Positions 59,038-64,000 of a stretch of 64,000 nt of DNA are shown here, in pieces. The first letter of the stretch is position 1, and every line of letters begins with the position of its first letter. Source of the DNA: an uncultured Candidatus Babeliaceae bacterium. GTDB lineage: Bacteria; Babelota; Babeliae; Babelales; Babelaceae. The notes below the pieces were generated by a model. That model was not told the DNA's origin. It made no database searches and saw only the letters and a program-made list of their open reading frames with translations. The stretch lies in assembly GCA_963848615.1 (NCBI GenBank), contig CAWKEK010000005.1, forward strand, positions 48,007-112,006, in the 5' to 3' direction. Both the position numbers and the translations under genes were made by a program.

Positions 59038-59669
59038 ATGATCAATGGTTTCTGGGGTACAAAAATTGGAATGACCCAGGTTTTTTCCGATGATCATAAA
59101 GTGGTGCCAGTAACTGTTATCGATCTAGCACGTTGGGTTGTAACGCAAGTCAAAACCGCACAAAAAGATGGATACAGCGCTGTGCAGCTTGGATGCGTGA
59201 AAAAGCGATTTGAATCGAGTGAGTTCGCATCTTCATGGATGGAAGAACCACAAAAATATTTTAGCGTACGCAAAGAAGTACGTTTGGCTGAAGATCTGAC
59301 CAAGATCTTCAGATTGGTAGCGCTTTCAATATCAACGAATTTATCACTAAAGGTGATAATGTTGATGTAGTTGGTGTCTCCATCGGACGTGGTTTTCAGG
59401 GCGGCGTGAAACGACACGGCTTTACCGGCGGTGTTGCCAGTCATGGTAGCAAGCTTGGTCGTAAAGGGGGATCTCTTGGATTCATGAGAAGCCAGGGTCG
59501 TGTTATGAAAAATAAACGTATGCCAGGACATATGGGTGTAGACCGCTGCATGATTAAAAATCTTGAAGTTGTTCAAATTGAACCACAAGCGCGCATTGTG
59601 CTTGTTAAAGGTTCAGTCCCAGGAAAATCCGGGTCACTCGTTTATCTTAAAAAACGTGGGGATAATTAA
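59038..59669 (+). CDS. rplC: 50S ribosomal protein L3 (one frameshift at AA/AAA near 59301-59303)
   Basis: [16 protein letters not shown]... then, after the shift, [13 protein letters not shown]...[21 protein letters not shown]...MPGHMG. Confidence 0.88.
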
Positions 59670-60292
59670 TGACGCAGGTAATTAAAACGGTACTTACACC
59701 AGCAGATTTAGAACTTTCAGCTCGTACTGAAACTACTGCCAATACTAAAGCCCTTGCACAGTATATTCGTGCATTGATGCAAAATTGGCGTCAAGGTACT
59801 GTAGCATGTAAGGATCGATCAGAAGTTTCTTTTTCCAACAAAAAACCGTGGAAACAAAAAGGAACAGGTCGTGCTCGTGCTGGAAGTCCACGTTCACCGC
59901 TTTGGCGTAAAGGTGGCGTAATTTTCGGGCCACAAGAACGTGTAAGAACGCTTAAAGTTACAAAAAACCACAAAAGAGAAGTTTTTGCAGATTTATTGTG
60001 GTCTAAACTTGAAGCTCAAAATGTAATTTCGTTGAATTGGTCGGCTGATGAAAGACCGAAAACAGCTTTAGCATATACTGCTTTAAAACAAGCAGGACTT
60101 GCAGATAAAAAAGTGGTGCTTTTCGTTTCAACGTATGATTTTATAACACAAGCATCATTTGCTAATATTCCAAATGTTTCGATGATCTTTTTTGATCAAC
60201 CAAATGCGTTTACATTAGCGCATGGCGACCATTGGATGTTCTTAGCAAAAGATAGCGATTTATTTAAAGAAATGGTCGGCTTATGGAGTTAA
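59669..60292 (+). CDS. rplD: 50S ribosomal protein L4
   Basis: [30 protein letters not shown]. Confidence 0.92.
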   Translation: MTQVIKTVLTPADLELSARTETTANTKALAQYIRALMQNWRQGTVACKDRSEVSFSNKKPWKQKGTGRARAGSPRSPLWRKGGVIFGPQERVRTLKVTKNHKREVFADLLWSKLEAQNVISLNWSADERPKTALAYTALKQAGLADKKVVLFVSTYDFITQASFANIPNVSMIFFDQPNAFTLAHGDHWMFLAKDSDLFKEMVGLWS

Positions 60293-60618
60293 GTATCTAT
60301 AACATCATTAAGGGCCCACGCATATCTAATAAAGTGTATCGCCTTAACCAACAGTTTAATCAGTTGGTTCTTGAAGTACACCCACAGGCTAACAAGCCAT
60401 TGATTGCACAGGCACTTAGAGAATTGTTTAACGTAACGGCTGATAAGATTCGTATTGTTGTGTCTAAAGGAAAATTCAAACGTTCTGGACGCCATGTATT
60501 TCAAGGCAAGACACGAAAAAAAGCGTATGTAACTCTTAAAGAAGGCCAATCAATTGATATTATGAATTGGACATCTTCTGATGCCGGTTCAGTTGAATCA
60601 GCAAAGGGTGGTGAATAA
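60283..60618 (+). CDS. rplW: 50S ribosomal protein L23
   Basis: Operon position and the pattern [10 protein letters not shown]...[24 protein letters not shown]. Confidence 0.9.
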   Translation: MELSIYNIIKGPRISNKVYRLNQQFNQLVLEVHPQANKPLIAQALRELFNVTADKIRIVVSKGKFKRSGRHVFQGKTRKKAYVTLKEGQSIDIMNWTSSDAGSVESAKGGE

Positions 60619-61436
60619 TGGCTATTGTTACACGTAAACCTAGAAATGCTTCATTACGTTTTCAAACGTATTTAGACTCAAGTGATATTACCACATCAAC
60701 ACCAGAAAAATCTTTGGTGATTGGATTGCGTAAGCACGGCGGTCGAAATGCTTATGGAAGAATCACGGTCAGACATCGTGGTGGTGGCGCCCTTCAGAAA
60801 TATCGTCTTATTGATTTCAAAAGAGATCAACATGATATTCCTGGTAAAGTTACTACCGTTGAATATGATCCGAACCGTAACGTAAGAATCGGACTTGTAG
60901 TCTATGCCAATGGTTCAAAAAGCTACATGCTCTTACCTCAAGATATAAAAGTTGGTTCAACGGTTATATCAGGTAAAGAAGTGGAAGCTAAAGTAGGAAA
61001 TGCTTTACCATTACGTTCTATTCCAGTCGGTTTCATGGTTCATAATATTGAAATGACTCCTGGTACAGGTGGAAAACTTGCTCGAAGCGCTGGAACATCA
61101 TGTCAGCTTATGGCTAAAGCGGATGATTATGCAACCGTAAAAATGCCATCTGGTGAAATTCGTATGATTCATCTCGATTGTTGGGCAACCATCGGTGTTC
61201 TTGGTAACGCTGATCAAAAGAATATTTCGATCGGTAAAGCTGGCAGAACACGTCGTAAAGGGATTCGTCCTACCGTTCGTGGTATGGCTATGAACCCGGT
61301 TGATCACCCACACGGTGGTGGTGAAGGTCGTTCTAAATCTGGATCACATCCAGTAAGTCCGACTGGTAAAGGTGCTAAAGGTACACGTACAAGAAAGCGT
61401 AAAAATCCGCTTATTTTGAAACGTAGAAGACCATAA
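60618..61436 (+). CDS. rplB: 50S ribosomal protein L2
   Basis: [36 protein letters not shown]. Confidence 0.95.
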   Translation: MAIVTRKPRNASLRFQTYLDSSDITTSTPEKSLVIGLRKHGGRNAYGRITVRHRGGGALQKYRLIDFKRDQHDIPGKVTTVEYDPNRNVRIGLVVYANGSKSYMLLPQDIKVGSTVISGKEVEAKVGNALPLRSIPVGFMVHNIEMTPGTGGKLARSAGTSCQLMAKADDYATVKMPSGEIRMIHLDCWATIGVLGNADQKNISIGKAGRTRRKGIRPTVRGMAMNPVDHPHGGGEGRSKSGSHPVSPTGKGAKGTRTRKRKNPLILKRRRP

Positions 61437-61459
61437 CAGGATTTAAAAGGTAAAATTTT

Positions 61460-61747
61460 ATGACAAGATCCTCAAGAAAAGGTCCATTTGTTGCAAGTAG
61501 CTTACTTGAAAAAGTAAGCCGTCTTAAGCAAAGTGGCAAAAGAGAGGCAATTAAGACATGGTGCCGTTCGAGCACAGTACTTCCTGATTTTGTTGGGATT
61601 ACTTTTGCCGTTCATGATGGCAAAAAACATGTTGCAGTGTATGTTACGGAAAATATGGTTGGCCATAAATTAGGTGAATTTGTGCCGACCAGAACATTCA
61701 GGTTGCATAGTGGTCAGCGTAAAGCCGCGGTTGCTGAAAAGAAGTAA
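61460..61747 (+). CDS. rpsS: 30S ribosomal protein S19
   Basis: [15 protein letters not shown]...[26 protein letters not shown]. Confidence 0.95.
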   Translation: MTRSSRKGPFVASSLLEKVSRLKQSGKREAIKTWCRSSTVLPDFVGITFAVHDGKKHVAVYVTENMVGHKLGEFVPTRTFRLHSGQRKAAVAEKK

Positions 61748-61787
61748 TTTATATACACTGATAAGTAAACATAATAAGGTATAAATA

Positions 61788-62126
61788 ATGGAATTTACAG
61801 CAAAAGCACGTTATCTTTCGTATTCGCCCTATAAACTGCGTCCTCTAGTTGATGTCGTACGTGGCAAAAATGCCCTCTATGCCATTAATTGGTTGCGTAC
61901 TTATCGCTCACAGCGTTCAGAAGTTGTGTCGAAGGTACTTGATTCAGTTCTTGCGAATGCAAAGAATCTTAAAAATATTGAACCGGAAAATCTCGTTATT
62001 AAAGAGATTTGCGTGGACCAAGGACCGATACATCGCTATTTTAAACCTGGCGCTCAAGGTCGAGCAAATCCTCAACGCAAGCGGTTATGTCATATGAAGA
62101 TTGTTTTAGAATCTAAAGAGGCTTAG
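61788..62126 (+). CDS. rplV: 50S ribosomal protein L22
   Basis: AKARYLSYSPYKLRPLVDVVRGK...ICVDQGPIHRYFKPGAQGRANPQRKRLCHM. Confidence 0.93.
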   Translation: MEFTAKARYLSYSPYKLRPLVDVVRGKNALYAINWLRTYRSQRSEVVSKVLDSVLANAKNLKNIEPENLVIKEICVDQGPIHRYFKPGAQGRANPQRKRLCHMKIVLESKEA

Positions 62127-62127
62127 T

Positions 62128-62760
62128 GTGGGACAAAAGGTTAACCCAATAGGGTTTAGAATTGGCGTATATCGCGATTGGGATTCACGTTGGTTTGCAC
62201 GTGATTCATATGCGAAATTCTTCTTTGAAGATTTGGCTGTTCGTAAGTATTTAGAAAAAATGCTTCCTGATGCTGATATTTCTAAAACGGAAATAGAAAA
62301 AACAGGGAGCAGCTTCAAAGTTGTTGTTCATGCCGCTCGTCCTGGTGTTGTAATCGGGAAAAAAGGGCAAGAAATTGATAACTTGCGTAGAGGCCTTGCT
62401 CAGCTTTTAAAACGAGACAATATCGAAGTTTCAGTACAAGAGATTAAAACTCCTGAACTTGATGCACATGTTGTAGCTAAAAAGATCGCTCAAGATCTTG
62501 AAAAGCGCGCAAGCTTTAAGAAAGTTATGAAAAAAGCAGCTTCTTCAGCATTAAGAAGTGGTGCTAAGGGTGTTAAAATTCGCGTTGCAGGACGTCTTGG
62601 TGGTGCAGAGATTGCACGTGATGAGTGGATCCGTATTGGATCAACCCCATTACATACCTTGCGTGCAGATATCGATTACGGAACTGCTCGAGCATTAACT
62701 ACCTACGGTATCATTGGTGTTAAAGTTTGGATCTGTAAAGGCGAATACCCCGTAGTTTAA
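62128..62760 (+). CDS. rpsC: 30S ribosomal protein S3
   Basis: GTG start. MGQKVNPIGFRIGV..., GVKIRVAGRLGGAEIAR. Confidence 0.95.
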   Translation: MGQKVNPIGFRIGVYRDWDSRWFARDSYAKFFFEDLAVRKYLEKMLPDADISKTEIEKTGSSFKVVVHAARPGVVIGKKGQEIDNLRRGLAQLLKRDNIEVSVQEIKTPELDAHVVAKKIAQDLEKRASFKKVMKKAASSALRSGAKGVKIRVAGRLGGAEIARDEWIRIGSTPLHTLRADIDYGTARALTTYGIIGVKVWICKGEYPVV

Positions 62761-62769
62761 GGATATCTT

Positions 62770-63249
62770 ATGTTAATGCCAAAAAAAATAAAATATAGAA
62801 AAGTTCAACGAGGGACTCGTAAAGGAAGATCCAAGGGCGCTCGTGATGTTATGTTTGGTGACTATGGCCTTCAGGCTCTTGAACCAGTATGGCTTACAGC
62901 TGCTCAAATTGAAGCAATGCGCGTAACTATTTCACGTAAGTTGAAAAAAGTTGGCAAAATGTTTCTACGTGTCTTTCCCGACAAACCTGTTTCTAAAAAG
63001 CCTGCTGAAACTCGTATGGGTAAAGGTAAGGGTAACGTTGAGTTTTGGGTAAGTGTTGTAAAACGTGATCGTATTGTTTGTGAAGTGTCTGGCTTGAGCG
63101 AAGCTGAAGCTAAAGATGTTCTTAAACAAGCGCAATATAAGCTTCCTATGAAGACTAAAATTGTTAAACGAGAAGCTGTTGTACAACCTGTAGCACCATC
63201 GGTAGCACAGCCGGTAATTGAACAAGTGGTAACAAATGAAAAACAATAA
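62770..63249 (+). CDS. rplP: 50S ribosomal protein L16 (about 20-aa C-terminal extension)
   Basis: MLMPKKIKYRKVQRG...RMGKGKGNVEFWV. Tail VVQPVAPSVAQPVIEQVVTNEKQ. Confidence 0.93.
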   Translation: MLMPKKIKYRKVQRGTRKGRSKGARDVMFGDYGLQALEPVWLTAAQIEAMRVTISRKLKKVGKMFLRVFPDKPVSKKPAETRMGKGKGNVEFWVSVVKRDRIVCEVSGLSEAEAKDVLKQAQYKLPMKTKIVKREAVVQPVAPSVAQPVIEQVVTNEKQ

Positions 63250-63466
63250 AGCGTTATCGCAAGAAATGAAAAACATGAATGCCGAGCAACTGCTTGTTGC
63301 TGTAGATGGTTTACGCCACGAGCTTTTTCAGCTTCGTCTTAAATCAACAACAGGACATGTAAAATCTTTTGCTTCTGACCAAAGAATGCTAAAAAGTGCG
63401 ATTGCTCGTGGATTAACGTATTTAAATCAAAAAGAGCGCGATTTAGCGCGCGAAACACAAGCGTAA
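63236..63466 (+). CDS. rpmC: 50S ribosomal protein L29
   Basis: Operon position and ELFQLRLKSTTGHVKS. Overlaps rplP by 14 nt. Confidence 0.85.
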   Translation: MKNNKALSQEMKNMNAEQLLVAVDGLRHELFQLRLKSTTGHVKSFASDQRMLKSAIARGLTYLNQKERDLARETQA

Positions 63467-63470
63467 GACT

Positions 63471-63725
63471 ATGGCAGAAAATACAGAAAAAAAATCGACA
63501 ATACGTGGAAAAGTTGTATCTGCAAAGATGAACAAGACCATCGTGGTTGAAGTTGAAAGAACTTTCATGCACCCACGCCTTGCAAAGGTAATGCGTTCGA
63601 TAAAAAAATATAAAGTTCACGACGAAGAACAACGTGCACGTCAAGGTGATAACGTTGATATCTACGAAGGGCGTCCTGTTTCTAAAACTAAGTATATGTA
63701 CTTAGCAGATATCGTGAGCAAGTAA
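63471..63725 (+). CDS. rpsQ: 30S ribosomal protein S17
   Basis: IRGKVVSAKMNKTIVVEVER...HDEEQRARQGDNVDIYEGRPVSKTK. Confidence 0.92.
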   Translation: MAENTEKKSTIRGKVVSAKMNKTIVVEVERTFMHPRLAKVMRSIKKYKVHDEEQRARQGDNVDIYEGRPVSKTKYMYLADIVSK

Positions 63726-63735
63726 GGAAATTGTT

Positions 63736-64000
63736 ATGTCTACTATTCAAAAAGAGACTTTTTTAGAAGTTGCTGACAATTCCGGTGCGAAATTAATGCA
63801 GGTATTTCATCTTGTAGGAAGTACTGGCTTAAAAGACGCTGGTCTTGGTGATATTGTTATCTGTGCAGTCAAGGAAGCAACTCCTGGCGCAACGGTAAAA
63901 AAGAAAGACAAAGTAACGGTTGTCATCGTTCGCACAGTAAAAGAACAACGTCGTGCAGATGGTAGTTATATCGCATTTGGTGAAAATGCAGGCGTAATTA
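63736..64000 (+). CDS. rplN: 50S ribosomal protein L14 (partial, runs off the right edge)
   Basis: ATG at 63736 gives MSTIQKETFLEVADNSGAK...GDIVICAVKEA. Confidence 0.9.
   Translation, partial: MSTIQKETFLEVADNSGAKLMQVFHLVGSTGLKDAGLGDIVICAVKEATPGATVKKKDKVTVVIVRTVKEQRRADGSYIAFGENAGVI

Noticed and set aside
59288-59312. Perfect 10-bp inverted repeat CTGAAGATCT-GACCA-AGATCTTCAG inside rplC, at the frameshift site
   Set aside because: It arises from the codons for ...AEDLTKDLQ.... A rough estimate gives an expectation of order 0.1-1 such palindromes per 64 kb by chance, and the indel is simply in the AA(A) of the loop. It has no flanking features of a mobile element or terminator.

Overview
This is a 64-kb stretch of a compact, moderately AT-rich bacterial chromosome. 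It has no rRNA, CRISPR array, transposase or integrase. The backbone is housekeeping: a rhodanese gene, tRNA-Cys, tRNA-Leu, hup, a GspE/PilB-type ATPase, sufCBD and sufS, trpS, a UvrD/PcrA helicase, hflX, ffh-rpsP-KH-trmD-rplS, murC, a MerR regulator, yidC-recR-pepP, an NhaC-type antiporter, rplM, rseP, and the str/S10 ribosomal operons from rpsL to rplN.

Between these blocks lie many lineage-specific genes with no family I can name by eye. Most encode small proteins with hydrophobic N-terminal leaders. Others are coiled-coil proteins, Sel1/TPR-like repeat proteins, a TM-anchored classical AAA ATPase, a MutS-domain-V-only ATPase, a divergent NDK-like protein, and four kinase-like proteins, three of them tandem paralogues. 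This mix suggests a host-associated or intracellular lifestyle, possibly Dependentiae/TM6-like, but that is only a guess.

The most system-like candidates are:
- the tandem secreted kinase-like array with flanking Sel1/TPR genes (45.5-53 kb);
- a duplicated, decaying two-gene cassette island that splits the suf cluster (9.5-12.4 kb);
- a very low-GC island of membrane-anchored coiled-coil paralogues next to the anchored AAA ATPase (20-25 kb).

One caveat affects the whole window. Many essential genes (fusA, tuf, rplC, rpsG, rplS, trmD, murC, yidC, recR, pepP) carry frameshifts, several of them at short homopolymer runs. They cluster at 34.6-40.4 kb and 54.8-59.4 kb and are most likely sequence or assembly errors rather than real pseudogenes. 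All functional calls come from motif recognition by eye; no searches were run.
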